From: an uncultured Bdellovibrio sp.
GTDB taxonomy: Bacteria; Bdellovibrionota; UBA1018
Length of the DNA: 64,000 bases
NCBI GenBank assembly: GCA_964490895.1
Contig: CAZBEI010000116.1
Coordinates: 14,639-78,638 of the forward strand
Direction of reading: 5' to 3'
Translations under genes and position numbers: made by a program
Notes under the pieces: generated by a model
Database searches by the model: none
What the model was told of the DNA's origin: nothing
The model's input: the letters and a program-made list of their open reading frames with translations, nothing else
Shown here: piece after piece, positions 46,502 through 56,821 of the stretch
Position numbering within the stretch: position 1 is the first letter of the stretch
How the letters are laid out: each line of letters starts with the position of its first letter

Positions 46502-47359
46502 TTAAAGATCTAAAAGCCTCCTTGAAATACTATAAGCATATTTTGAAAAGCTCACCTTTTTACAATGCACTTGATTTGGAAGACTCATCACCCACTCCGG
46601 CAAAAAACCTTGGTGTTTTACCTCCAAGACTAAAAAATCATTCGGACTGAACTGTTCGACCATCTGGCTTGATTTCAACAACAAATCCACATTATTTTTG
46701 TGTGAGCTCTTTAAGGAAGACGAAAGTTCATGATAAATTACGGACTGAATATTTTCGTCTACAGTCATGCGCAATCCGTTTTTTTCAAAAGCATGTCGTC
46801 GATAACTTACTCGAGCCAGCGGCCTGAGACAAAACTCCTGAATTTTTGAGTTTAAAATGAGCAATCTTTTTTCTAGCTTTTTTTGATCTAGCTTTAGATT
46901 GCGAGCTTGAAGATCTGGACTCATTCCTAAAAACATCCCTGTTTTTAATGCTTCTGCATCACGATCCCCTATTTGAAGACGAAATTTAGAGGAAATGCCT
47001 GCCTCCTTTATCTTGACTTCGATAAAAAGTGCTTCACTTCCCTTGCTGACACTAAAAGCAACACCATTAGGCAAGTATTTTCGAATTCGGACTTTGAAGC
47101 GAGATTTTTGGTTTAAAAAATGCATCTGATAAAGATCTAATAGAGGTGAGTCAAAATAAATACTCTCAATAAATGTAAACCGAGTAGACGGATCTGGATA
47201 AGAAGGCTCCAAATAATACCTCAACAAATCTAAAAGCTCAGGCATATTGCGCCTCGGCACAAAAAACTTGTCTTCCATCCTTAAAAAAGAATCCGCATCT
47301 AGCGGGGTTTGTAACAAGACCTCAGAGTCTAGAGTCCTTACTGTATTTTCTAATTTCAT
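46502..47359 (-). CDS. VTC-domain (polyphosphate polymerase-like / CYTH-like) protein
   Basis: Motifs IYFDSPLLDLY, RFKVRIRKY, LFIEVKIK, RVSYRRHAFE, LVLEVKH and VSFSKYAYSI follow the VTC domain pattern. Confidence 0.55.
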   Translation of the reverse strand: MKLENTVRTLDSEVLLQTPLDADSFLRMEDKFFVPRRNMPELLDLLRYYLEPSYPDPSTRFTFIESIYFDSPLLDLYQMHFLNQKSRFKVRIRKYLPNGVAFSVSKGSEALFIEVKIKEAGISSKFRLQIGDRDAEALKTGMFLGMSPDLQARNLKLDQKKLEKRLLILNSKIQEFCLRPLARVSYRRHAFEKNGLRMTVDENIQSVIYHELSSSLKSSHKNNVDLLLKSSQMVEQFSPNDFLVLEVKHQGFLPEWVMSLPNQVHCKKVSFSKYAYSISRRLLDL

Positions 47360-47480
47360 TTCATTACCCTCCTTTTTGTAAAATATGACCGGACGGGCCT
47401 AAAAACAATCGACACTCCTAGACATGGGGGTTGCGCGTCACCCAAAACCCTGCTAGAAACCGAAACTGGGACTTAATGCG

Positions 47481-48875
47481 ATGCAAAAAACAGGTGGGGA
47501 CCTGATCTCGCTCGAAAGAGCGGGGCAGTTCGAAACATTAGTAAAACAAGTTTCTCACTCTCCTGAAATACTGGATTCGAGGAGCCTTGCTGCGTACGCT
47601 CGGGCCTGTGTTTTTACGGGCAGGACTTCGGAAGCTCAAACCGCCATAAAGAAATTACGCCAAGAAAATCTTGAACAATCAGAGGCTAAAATCGTTCTTT
47701 TACTTTCAGAAGCCGCATTGGCAAGGTTTACACAGGACTGGAAATTGGCTCAAGAAAAAGCAGAGTCAGCACTTCGGCTTGCAAAAAAAATAAATGCGGG
47801 AGAACTGGCTGCTGATTCAGAATTTGCCATTGGTATTTCTTTAGTAGAAAATGGACGCCTTTTTTTAGGCCTAGACTTGTTTGAAAAACTTTCTAAAAAC
47901 CCTACCGCAACGGAATACCGAAGAGGATTAGCAGCTTCTAATTTAGCCTGGATTTTATGGGACTTGGGCAGAGTGGACCTTCTTTACGAAATTTATCCTT
48001 TAGCTCCTTTGTCATTTCAACCCAGACTGAAACTTGCTTTATCTATTGCAAAAAGTGATTTTACTCAAATTCGACTGTGGGTTCAAAATCCGCTTCCAGA
48101 ACTTCCTCCGCAACAAATTTTTTTCATTGCGCTTTTTCTTGTGGAAGCTTTCACAGTACTAGGAAATACAGATGATTTGAGTTTGCTAAAAGCTTCTTGG
48201 GTGGCTTTGTTTTTAAAAAATGTTCTTCTTTCTAATGACCTGAGCCAAACCCTTCTTGCCGAACGATGCATGACCCTCATGGGACACGAAGCAAAATGGA
48301 CCACTCTCCCATCAAATGCTCCCTGGAGAACTCTCTTAGATGCCACTTTTCTAGAAGCCCTATCCTTTGCTAAAGATAGCCCACAGAAAGCGAAAGACAT
48401 TTGGTGTTCTTTGATTAATCCGGTGTGTAGGAAATATTTTATCAATACACCACTCATTCCTGTTTTTGAAAACGAAAGATTTTATCCAGAGACCCCTTGG
48501 AGTATAAATCTTGCCCAGTATTTAAAATTAGAGGTTACAAAAAAAGAGTGTCTGGAAGAAAGATTCATCTTGAAGCGAGATGTGCTCATTTATAAAAAAA
48601 ACAACCAAGAGCGAAGACTCTCCCTAAAACAAAGTCCTATTGCTATTCGATTTCTGCAGGTTCTTTCTACGCACTTCGAAACACCACTTCAGAAAAAAGA
48701 ACTCCATGGACAACTCACGCGATCGGCCTATTCTTCTGTAATACACGATGGCAGAATATTAAAACTTTTAAGCCGATTAGAGAAAAAATTAACTACTGCC
48801 GGGTTTCCAGAGCTTTGGTATTTGCCAAGAGATCACTCCATTGTCTGCACAAGAAAGATAGAGGTACAATCATGA
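47481..48875 (+). CDS. Putative transcriptional regulator: helical (TPR-like) N-terminal region with C-terminal OmpR/PhoB-type winged HTH
   Basis: C-terminus LKQSPIAIRFLQVLSTHFETPLQKKELHGQLTRSAYSSVIHDGRILKLLSRLEKKL fits the Trans_reg_C pattern. Stop overlaps the next gene's ATG (ATGA at 48872-48875). Confidence 0.45.
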   Translation: MQKTGGDLISLERAGQFETLVKQVSHSPEILDSRSLAAYARACVFTGRTSEAQTAIKKLRQENLEQSEAKIVLLLSEAALARFTQDWKLAQEKAESALRLAKKINAGELAADSEFAIGISLVENGRLFLGLDLFEKLSKNPTATEYRRGLAASNLAWILWDLGRVDLLYEIYPLAPLSFQPRLKLALSIAKSDFTQIRLWVQNPLPELPPQQIFFIALFLVEAFTVLGNTDDLSLLKASWVALFLKNVLLSNDLSQTLLAERCMTLMGHEAKWTTLPSNAPWRTLLDATFLEALSFAKDSPQKAKDIWCSLINPVCRKYFINTPLIPVFENERFYPETPWSINLAQYLKLEVTKKECLEERFILKRDVLIYKKNNQERRLSLKQSPIAIRFLQVLSTHFETPLQKKELHGQLTRSAYSSVIHDGRILKLLSRLEKKLTTAGFPELWYLPRDHSIVCTRKIEVQS

Positions 48876-50491
48876 AAACAAGGGGATTAGGGGCGTTGTT
48901 ATTTGTTTTTATCTGTGTCATCTGCTCCGCTGACGAATCAGGGACTGTCTTATTGCGAGGAACGCTTTCGACCGAAAAGGTTTTAGGGATTTCGCAAAAA
49001 ATTTCGAGAGTGATTCGAGTTCCTGGAGAAAGCAGAGAAAAAGAAGAAATCAGTTTGGGCTCTATCACTAGCATTTGCCCAGACCCCTCCTGGTTACTTC
49101 AAGACTCCCTGAGGAATTGGTGGATCACTCCTGCACATGTTATTTTAAGTTCGCTTGAGCCCATAGAAAAAATGCATTTTAAACTCCCTTCTGGGAAAGA
49201 CCTGAAGCTTGAAATGGTGGACACAAGCATGGACTTAGCCCTGCTCAGTTCCTCTTTGCCACTAGAACCTTGTGTTTCGCTGGAGCGAGAGCTTCACTTT
49301 GAATCCATTTCGAATATTGAAACTACGCCTGAAATGGATCCTGTGTCCATTCAAATTGAAACGCCCTATCTTCTCAAGTGGTCTTTCAAAAATAGAGGCT
49401 TAAGTACATTTTTAGGACTTACAAAAGAAAATGGAATTCCTGGAAGAGACGACATGGGCCCGGTTTTAGAAGTCATTGCCCCTGGTTTTTTAGGTCAATC
49501 GGGGGGGGCACTCTTAAAAGAAACATCGCAAACGCTTCGTTTGATTGGAATGATTTTAGCGGTGGATGATTTGGGAATTAAATTGGCAGCACTGCCCTCG
49601 ACAACCCTCTTGAAAAGAATAAACGACCATTTTCTAAAAAAGACACCCTCTGTGATTGACCGAATACGCACGCCGAGTGGAACACTGTACTTAAAAAATA
49701 ATCTCACCCACTTGCGACAATGGACCAGCAATGCCTATAGAGATGCCGGCTCAGGAGGACTCAATGATGGTGGATCTGGGGGCCTAAACGATGGTGGAAA
49801 TTCGAGACTGGCAAACAACCGCGCACCATTTTCGGGAATTATGGAAAACAATAAAAGATGGCTCACTCTTGGAGCGGACTGGGTCGAATACGAAGCTTTC
49901 GAAAAACTTGCAACTTTTGATTTGGAATCTCTGAAATCATTGTTACATGGAATTTATGAAACCAATGGCAACCTCTTTGCCCGCCAAGCTGACAGCGCCT
50001 TGCCACAGTGGCTGCCCACCCTATCTGGTCAAAATGCACTTGCCTATCGTTTTAATGTAGGGATCCGAAAGAAAAAAGACATTGCTAAAAGTATCCTTGC
50101 CAATAAAACGCAAGTCTTTTACCAAGAAAACGTGCTTCCGTCTGTTGGACGAAATTTATTTTTATACCTCCCACCTTCTGCGCAAACCAGGGGGATCGTG
50201 TTTATGTTTACTCTGGCAAAAGATCAGCACTGCAAAACTGAGGAATGCCAAGTCTCTTTGATTGGAAATTATTCTATTCAAACGAGTGAAACCACTTTCG
50301 AAAAAGCTATCGAAGACCACAGGAGCCATCCCAAAAACTGGAGAAAGCTAAAAAATAATGGACTTCGCTATTTTTATGACCAATCACTCTCTATTCTCCT
50401 CACAAGAAAAAGTGGTTTCCAAGTGAGACTCTATCCACAGGATGAAAAACTAGACTTTGCCGAAATCATTACAGGACCTGTTACTTACTAG
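48872..50491 (+). CDS. Secreted trypsin-like (S1 family) serine peptidase with a C-terminal extension containing Gly-rich repeats
   Basis: Signal peptide MKTRGLGALLFVFICVICSA. Triad candidates WWITPAHVIL (His), MDLALLSS (Asp), GQSGGALL (Ser). 24-bp x2 repeat at 49748-49795 encodes GSGGLNDG GSGGLNDG. Confidence 0.5.
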   Translation: MKTRGLGALLFVFICVICSADESGTVLLRGTLSTEKVLGISQKISRVIRVPGESREKEEISLGSITSICPDPSWLLQDSLRNWWITPAHVILSSLEPIEKMHFKLPSGKDLKLEMVDTSMDLALLSSSLPLEPCVSLERELHFESISNIETTPEMDPVSIQIETPYLLKWSFKNRGLSTFLGLTKENGIPGRDDMGPVLEVIAPGFLGQSGGALLKETSQTLRLIGMILAVDDLGIKLAALPSTTLLKRINDHFLKKTPSVIDRIRTPSGTLYLKNNLTHLRQWTSNAYRDAGSGGLNDGGSGGLNDGGNSRLANNRAPFSGIMENNKRWLTLGADWVEYEAFEKLATFDLESLKSLLHGIYETNGNLFARQADSALPQWLPTLSGQNALAYRFNVGIRKKKDIAKSILANKTQVFYQENVLPSVGRNLFLYLPPSAQTRGIVFMFTLAKDQHCKTEECQVSLIGNYSIQTSETTFEKAIEDHRSHPKNWRKLKNNGLRYFYDQSLSILLTRKSGFQVRLYPQDEKLDFAEIITGPVTY

Positions 50492-50664
50492 TGCATTGTA
50501 AAGTTATTTATTAACTATGCTAATGTAGTGTCTTTCGGGTTTTTCTCTGGTCACCTCGCCCCTTAGGTGGATGCATGAGATTTCTAACAGTGAACGTACT
50601 CCCACTCATTTTTGAACATCGCTATTGACGTTTATGGCCATATACAGCAATATAGACGCTGCAT

Positions 50665-51804
50665 ATGGAATATAAAAGAATCCTCAATCCTTTCATTTTT
50701 CTTGAGAAAAAGTCTTTTTTCTTGCTTGGACCCAGATCAACTGGCAAAACTTTTCTTCTCCGGAAACTGCTCCCCTCTCAAACATGCGCTTATATTAACT
50801 TACTGTCTGCGGATATTTTTCTAAGGCTGTCAGCTGAGCCCAGCCTTCTGGGCGAAATGTTGGGAACTCACAAAATGGCAGTGATTGATGAGATTCAGCG
50901 TTTGCCGGAGTTGCTGAACGAAGTACACAATCTCATTGAAGATCACAATGCACGGTTTTTGCTCACGGGTTCTAGCGCCAGACGGCTGAAGCGGGAGCAC
51001 GCAAATATGTTGGGTGGTCGAGCGGGAATGTTACGGTTTTTTCCCCTTGTGTACTCAGAGATTCCTCATTTCAATTTGGAGCAATACCTCCTGTTTGGAG
51101 GGTTGCCACGAGTTTGTGCCTCCGATGAGCCATCCCAAGAGTTGGAAGCTTATGTGAGCGTCTATTTGGAACAGGAAATTAAGCTCGAAGCCAATGTGCG
51201 CCATCTCGGGCCATTCTCCCGCTTTCTAAAATCAGCTGCACTCAATAATGGCGAATTGATCAATTACACAAACATTGCAAGTGATTCGGGTGTGCCTGTG
51301 AGTACTGTTCGCGAATATTATAGCATTCTAGAGGACACGCTCCTTGGCATTCCCCTTGAACCGTGGCTTGAATCAAAGAAGAGAAAGGCCATTCAGACAG
51401 CTAAGTTTTATTTTTTTGATACAGGAGTCTGTCACTACATTTTAGGAACGCGCCAGCTCGACAGAAATTCTAATCTTTGGGGAAAATCCTTTGAGCAATT
51501 TATGTGTGTAGAGATCAAGGCATACTTGTCGTATATTTCGAGCCGAAAAAAGTTAACATTCTGGAGGAGTATCAACAAACATGAGGTTGATTTTTTGATT
51601 GATGACGAAGTGGCTATCGAGGTTAAATCAACAAAAAAGATTCTGCCCAAGCATCTGTCCGGTATGCGCGCATTAAAAGAAGAAAAGATAATTCGCAAGT
51701 TCTACATGGTTTCCGAAGACAAAATTGAGCGAGTTTCGGAGGGGGTATCGATGATGCATTGGAGCAGTTTTTTGAAAGCTCTTTGGGGTGGAGAAATCGC
51801 TTGA
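50665..51804 (+). CDS. AAA_14-type ATPase with C-terminal DUF4143 / PD-(D/E)xK-like domain (copy 2)
   Basis: Walker A LLGPRSTGKTFLL, Walker B MAVIDEIQRL, C-terminal HEVDFLIDDEVAIEVKSTKK. Paralogous to 35045-36208. Confidence 0.6.
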   Translation: MEYKRILNPFIFLEKKSFFLLGPRSTGKTFLLRKLLPSQTCAYINLLSADIFLRLSAEPSLLGEMLGTHKMAVIDEIQRLPELLNEVHNLIEDHNARFLLTGSSARRLKREHANMLGGRAGMLRFFPLVYSEIPHFNLEQYLLFGGLPRVCASDEPSQELEAYVSVYLEQEIKLEANVRHLGPFSRFLKSAALNNGELINYTNIASDSGVPVSTVREYYSILEDTLLGIPLEPWLESKKRKAIQTAKFYFFDTGVCHYILGTRQLDRNSNLWGKSFEQFMCVEIKAYLSYISSRKKLTFWRSINKHEVDFLIDDEVAIEVKSTKKILPKHLSGMRALKEEKIIRKFYMVSEDKIERVSEGVSMMHWSSFLKALWGGEIA

Positions 51805-51959
51805 TTTTTGATAGGTTGGCTTAGGCTCTATATGATGATGGCAGAAACTTTTTCGGAGACTTCTTCGAAGCAGACATCGCCAACGACTTTTCCATCAGCA
51901 AGGCGGTTACAGTAGAGGACAACTTGTTGAACGTGAAATAGCCAGCCCCTCACTTTTAT

Positions 51960-51988
51960 TTGCACAGTGCGTCAATTTGGTGTACAAT
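51960..51988 (+). promoter_or_regulatory. Sigma70-type promoter for the 1311-aa lipoprotein gene: TTGCAC - 17 nt - TACAAT
   Basis: -35 TTGCAC at 51960-51965, 17-nt spacer, -10 TACAAT at 51983-51988, about 29 nt upstream of ATG 52017, with GAGGG RBS at 52006-52010. Confidence 0.45.
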
Positions 51989-52016
51989 CCCCCCGGGTCT
52001 ATGTGTGTGAGGGTGT

Positions 52017-55000
52017 ATGCGATTCCTAGGATTTTTTAAATATTATTTATTTATAATTGTGGTGAGCACCCTTGCTTTAGGCTGCACCCAAAAAAGAGAG
52101 CCGCGCTTTGAACAAGGCTCTGGAGTTGACAACCTAGATGCTCTATCTGATTTTCAAAATAAAGAATTCGATCTAGAAACAGGAAAAGAAATAGGGCCCA
52201 CGCAGCTCAGTCTTTCGTCACAAGTTAAAATCAGTGACAAACTTGCAGATATCAACAACTTTGGTATTGTCTCTTATAAAACAGATGCAAAATTGCTTGG
52301 CTCTATCCCACTCCAAGGCCGAGAAAACTTTAAGTATAAAGTGCGGTACGTTGTTTCTAATAAGTATCTCAAAATCTACAAAGTAGGGAATAAAACCGAC
52401 CTCTCCTACAAAGAACTCCCCTACGCAGAAACTTTGGGTGATGGACAATGGGGTGTGCCCCTCGTGGGCTATGAAATCAAAGGACTCTACCGCATCGAAA
52501 AAAAACTGAATGAACAAGACCAAGAAACTCATCGTTTGATTCCTATCGAAACCAAAGATCTAAGCCAGGCAACGCACGCCAAAATTGACTATAATAGCCG
52601 CACCGTCTTTGAACCCGTCAAAATGGTGGATGTATTTACCGCAAACCTCTTTGATGGAGACTGGTACTATGCAGAAACCATTGTCGAAGCCTCCGAAGAA
52701 AATAAAAGCATGATTGGTTCTTACCTCAACCGAGATTATGGTTTTATAAATGCCACAAAAATCAGGTTTTCTAAGGACTCTAATAAAGTAAGAGGAATCA
52801 ACATCAACCTAGACAAACGCATCGATCAAACAAAAGATATCAACGAAAAAAATGTCTTCGAAATCCCTGTGAACTGGGTAGATCTCAGGACAGCTAAAAA
52901 CGGAAGTGAACCCGGCCTCAAAGGAGAAGTCCACTTAGACAACGGATGGAAAGATAGAAAATACGTAGAAGTCAAATTCTCAGAAATCTTAACAGACGAA
53001 TATGCTAATACGTCTGTCAATAAATTAGTAGACCTCGAAATTGATCAAGATTATTTTTCGTTCACAATATCTAAAACTGGGCAAGGGATCCGCACCAAGT
53101 ATACTTTTTTAAAGTCAGGAAAACGCCCTTATAATGAACGTCAATATTTTATAGAAGACAGGGAAAAATTTGGTTATTATTACAATGTCCAAGCTCATAT
53201 TGATGATTATGGCATTTATAGAAAATCAGACATAGAATCAAAGTTGCGACTCAATCGATTTGATCCAGAAAAAAACATTGTTTTTCACTTCTCCGCTTCC
53301 TCTCCAAAAAACTATCGAGAAATGGCAAGGCAAGTGGTTACATCCTGGAATGAGACCTTTGCAAAATCTGGAGCCAAAAGTAAGGTTATTTTGGACGAAG
53401 GCTTAGATGTCCAACTGGGAGACCTCAGGTACAATACGATCAACTTGATTGACTCTCTTGCAGCAAACCAATTACTGGGATTTGGTCCATCTATCACAGA
53501 CCCTCTTTCTGGAGAAATTATTTCAGCTACGGCTAATATTTATATCGGCCCCTTTAGAGAAAGCATGGCAGGTTTGCTGAGGCGTTATATCTTAGCTCAT
53601 TCGTCAGAAGACCCTAAGATTAAAAATTTAAATCACGCAGGTTTGACTTTTCTATCTGCACCTATTGACAATACGAGCACACCCGCAATGGGCGAAAAAT
53701 TTGAGGCCTCTCGTTTTATTGAAACCTGGATCCAAAACCGCTCTCAAGAAATGGCACAACAAAATCTTTGGGACAAAGAACGAATCTACAATAACAAAAA
53801 ACCATGTGATTATAGCCTTACTGGGAAATATTTGTCTGAATCTATCGAAGCAAAATGTCCAGAAGTACTTGCCTATATTGAACAACTCAAAGCAAATCGC
53901 CAAAGCGTTTTAGAGAATGAAATGGAGGTTTTGAGTTCTTGCATAGAAAAACTCTTGCCAGAAAAACTGATGGCTACCCTTGTTCACGAAATGGGTCATA
54001 ACTTTGGCCTCAGGCATAATTTTACAGCCTCCAATGATACCGCAAACTTTTATGATCAAGCAGTGACTCAGACAAAAGAGGTGGTGCGAAGTTCATCTGC
54101 TATGGACTATGTGGCTTTTGACGAGGATCGGCTCATCATACCTGGCACCTATGACATTGCGGCCATCAAATATGGTTATTCTAACAAAGTAGAATTAAAG
54201 GATGGGAAAGACCTCTCCATTGATCCAAAGCTCAACATTTCAAAAAGCACCCAAGGAGTGGCACTCAAACCCTATAAATTTTGTACAGATAATGATGCAG
54301 AGGATGGATATTGGTCAGATCCCCTTTGTATGCGCCACGATGCTGGCACGACCCCAGAAGAACTCGTCGATCGAATCATCCACGAGTTCGAAGCAAGCTA
54401 TATCATCCACAATTTTAGATGGGATCGCAAGCAGATTGCCTCTCCAGAACAGTTAGTAGCCTCTCGAGTCCAATATACCTATTCACGACTCCACAGAATT
54501 TACGAGGAGTGGAGATACCTACTTGCCTCAGAGATTGGAGAAGAAAAAAAATATCTTGACGATTTTGATGATCCAGGCTCATACGAAAAATTTATTAAAA
54601 AAACAATTAACTCTTCTAAAAAAAGAAACACACTGAACCAATACCGAAAAGCAGCACAAAAAATATTTGATTTTTTCAGTGAACTTGCCTTTCGCCCCAA
54701 CCGTTATTGCATATACAGCGATGGCACAAAAACAGATATCAAAGAACTTGAGCTGATTCGCCAAGAAGTCTATAGAGCCTCTGAGCATTCTGTCAAAAGC
54801 TGTCTTGACTCAGAAGATCAGATTCTACAGGAATATCTAAAATCTAAAAAATATCAAATCATAGACGAAGTGGGCTATTCATTTAGCGACATGAGGTACT
54901 CCAAAGACATTGCCGACATCAAAGAACCACTTGATGTCATTGGAATCATGAACGACAAAATGGCCGTATTGACATTTTTAACCCGCAGGATCTGTCTTGC

Positions 55001-55952
55001 ACAAAAACTAGAAGAATACAACGATTTTTCACCCAACTTTTTGGACGAACCTCCATTTAGAGCTAGGATTTTAGAAAAACTCAAGGAGAGAATTTTTGAT
55101 GGAGTCACTCTCAAAACTAAAACAGAGACAATACAAAATTCCATCCGATTTCTAAAAGAAAAAGATTTCCTCACAACCTTTGTCATCCAATTCTACAATG
55201 GACTCTCTGTGCCAGAAAAAATGGACCTCAATTTACAGAGAGCAACCTCATTTAGATTTATTAGGACTGCCATGCCCAATCAAATCGAAGGGAAAATGGG
55301 TGTGATCAACATGGCACCAACCTATTATGTATTGGCTGGATCCAAAGAAGAATTCTTTAACTATAAGACGCTTCAGAAATATCAAGAATTGGACGAACTC
55401 TCAAGCTTCAGCGCTGACAAAGCAAACGACAAGCCAAACATAGGCCAGTACAAAAATCAAGTCGCCCCCTTTGTACAATCTCTCAAAGAGTTTCCAGATA
55501 AGGAAACATTCTTAGCTCTTAGCTTTAGTAAATATCAATCTTACATGGATCAATTGACCCAAAACCTAAAAGAAACTGGAGCACTTGGAGAAGCTCTTTT
55601 GCAGAAATTAGGAGACACTGGAGTTGCTTATACAAATCAAATAAAATTATTTGCTGGCATCACTCAACTCAAAATCACCCAAAGTGGCTCCTATAATGAT
55701 TTAATAAACTCTCTTGAAACAGATAAAAAAATCCCACCAGCCACAAAAAAAGCCATTTTAAAATCTTTGGACATTTTACCTGCTTCCAGTGAGCTTTTAG
55801 ACGATGCGGTCAATCAATTGATTCTACAAGTCGTTGCAGAGTATGACCAAGCACTGTTAAAACACAACCAGTACATCGCGCAACAAAACGAATATGACGC
55901 ACAAAAGACGCTCCTATTTGAAATCATCGCACGGTTAGCATCACCCAATTAA
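52017..55952 (+). CDS. Large (1311-aa) lipoprotein with metzincin-type zinc metallopeptidase motif HEMGHNFGLRH
   Basis: Lipobox LALGC in the signal peptide. HExxHxxGxxH at about residue 655 (MATLVHEMGHNFGLRHNF). No other recognisable domains. Confidence 0.55.
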   Translation: MRFLGFFKYYLFIIVVSTLALGCTQKREPRFEQGSGVDNLDALSDFQNKEFDLETGKEIGPTQLSLSSQVKISDKLADINNFGIVSYKTDAKLLGSIPLQGRENFKYKVRYVVSNKYLKIYKVGNKTDLSYKELPYAETLGDGQWGVPLVGYEIKGLYRIEKKLNEQDQETHRLIPIETKDLSQATHAKIDYNSRTVFEPVKMVDVFTANLFDGDWYYAETIVEASEENKSMIGSYLNRDYGFINATKIRFSKDSNKVRGININLDKRIDQTKDINEKNVFEIPVNWVDLRTAKNGSEPGLKGEVHLDNGWKDRKYVEVKFSEILTDEYANTSVNKLVDLEIDQDYFSFTISKTGQGIRTKYTFLKSGKRPYNERQYFIEDREKFGYYYNVQAHIDDYGIYRKSDIESKLRLNRFDPEKNIVFHFSASSPKNYREMARQVVTSWNETFAKSGAKSKVILDEGLDVQLGDLRYNTINLIDSLAANQLLGFGPSITDPLSGEIISATANIYIGPFRESMAGLLRRYILAHSSEDPKIKNLNHAGLTFLSAPIDNTSTPAMGEKFEASRFIETWIQNRSQEMAQQNLWDKERIYNNKKPCDYSLTGKYLSESIEAKCPEVLAYIEQLKANRQSVLENEMEVLSSCIEKLLPEKLMATLVHEMGHNFGLRHNFTASNDTANFYDQAVTQTKEVVRSSSAMDYVAFDEDRLIIPGTYDIAAIKYGYSNKVELKDGKDLSIDPKLNISKSTQGVALKPYKFCTDNDAEDGYWSDPLCMRHDAGTTPEELVDRIIHEFEASYIIHNFRWDRKQIASPEQLVASRVQYTYSRLHRIYEEWRYLLASEIGEEKKYLDDFDDPGSYEKFIKKTINSSKKRNTLNQYRKAAQKIFDFFSELAFRPNRYCIYSDGTKTDIKELELIRQEVYRASEHSVKSCLDSEDQILQEYLKSKKYQIIDEVGYSFSDMRYSKDIADIKEPLDVIGIMNDKMAVLTFLTRRICLAQKLEEYNDFSPNFLDEPPFRARILEKLKERIFDGVTLKTKTETIQNSIRFLKEKDFLTTFVIQFYNGLSVPEKMDLNLQRATSFRFIRTAMPNQIEGKMGVINMAPTYYVLAGSKEEFFNYKTLQKYQELDELSSFSADKANDKPNIGQYKNQVAPFVQSLKEFPDKETFLALSFSKYQSYMDQLTQNLKETGALGEALLQKLGDTGVAYTNQIKLFAGITQLKITQSGSYNDLINSLETDKKIPPATKKAILKSLDILPASSELLDDAVNQLILQVVAEYDQALLKHNQYIAQQNEYDAQKTLLFEIIARLASPN

Positions 55953-55966
55953 AAAGAGGGTAAAAA

Positions 55967-56773
55967 ATGCCTCGTAGCTTGTCTTTATTGTTTTATTGCT
56001 TCTTTGGCGCTCTTTGTGCCAGTTTTGTCTCCTCTCTTGGATTCGCAGAATTTCATTTCGAATCAAGTCTTGAGACATCTACTAACCTTGAGCCATTAAA
56101 AAGTGAGCAAAAATATTTAGACTCTTCGCTTTATCTTGTACCAAAGCTTCAACTCACTCCCACCTGGAGCCTAAATGCCCTCATCGAAATCGATCATCAG
56201 GGGACTCAAGATCGTAAAACAACTGTGGAGCGATCCGAACTAGGAGGAGAATATAGCGCTATCCCACTTAACCCCTACTCTTTGCTTACACTTAGGGGTG
56301 CTCTTCTTGTTCCACTGGGTGAGAAACAAAGCACACAAAATAGTATGATCCTTGGTTTTAGATTTGGTCCAGTGCTAAAATTTGACCTTGCCTCTCGTGG
56401 CTTATTCCCATTGATGGGCTCTTTTGAAATCACAGGTTCTCGTGTTTTTTATCTCTACGAAACAGCTCTCAATGGAAAATCTAATAACAAATACATTCTC
56501 AAAAATGAACTCGACTTAGACTTTAAGCTCATTAAAAATCTACACTTTCTAACAACTTTTATTTATCTTTCGGGTTGGAACTATCAAAACACCCTATCTA
56601 ATAAATTTAAATTCTCTGAGGAGCTCTCTTATGAGTTAAGCTCCCATTTTGCATTGGGGCTTGGACACTCAAACGCAGCCTCTGCATTGAGAGCCAATGG
56701 ACAGACATCAAACGTCTCCATTTTTGATCCAAACACTTCGACTCTGTACACAGCTCTTACTTATCTGTTTTAG
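55967..56773 (+). CDS. Outer-membrane beta-barrel-like protein, hypothetical
   Basis: Signal peptide, alternating amphipathic pattern, C-terminal aromatic end TALTYLF*. 14 nt downstream of the metzincin gene with its own GAGGG RBS. Confidence 0.45.
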   Translation: MPRSLSLLFYCFFGALCASFVSSLGFAEFHFESSLETSTNLEPLKSEQKYLDSSLYLVPKLQLTPTWSLNALIEIDHQGTQDRKTTVERSELGGEYSAIPLNPYSLLTLRGALLVPLGEKQSTQNSMILGFRFGPVLKFDLASRGLFPLMGSFEITGSRVFYLYETALNGKSNNKYILKNELDLDFKLIKNLHFLTTFIYLSGWNYQNTLSNKFKFSEELSYELSSHFALGLGHSNAASALRANGQTSNVSIFDPNTSTLYTALTYLF

Positions 56774-56821
56774 AAACCACTTTCGGGCCACGTCCGATTA
56801 ATTCAAACACAAAAAAAAGGC

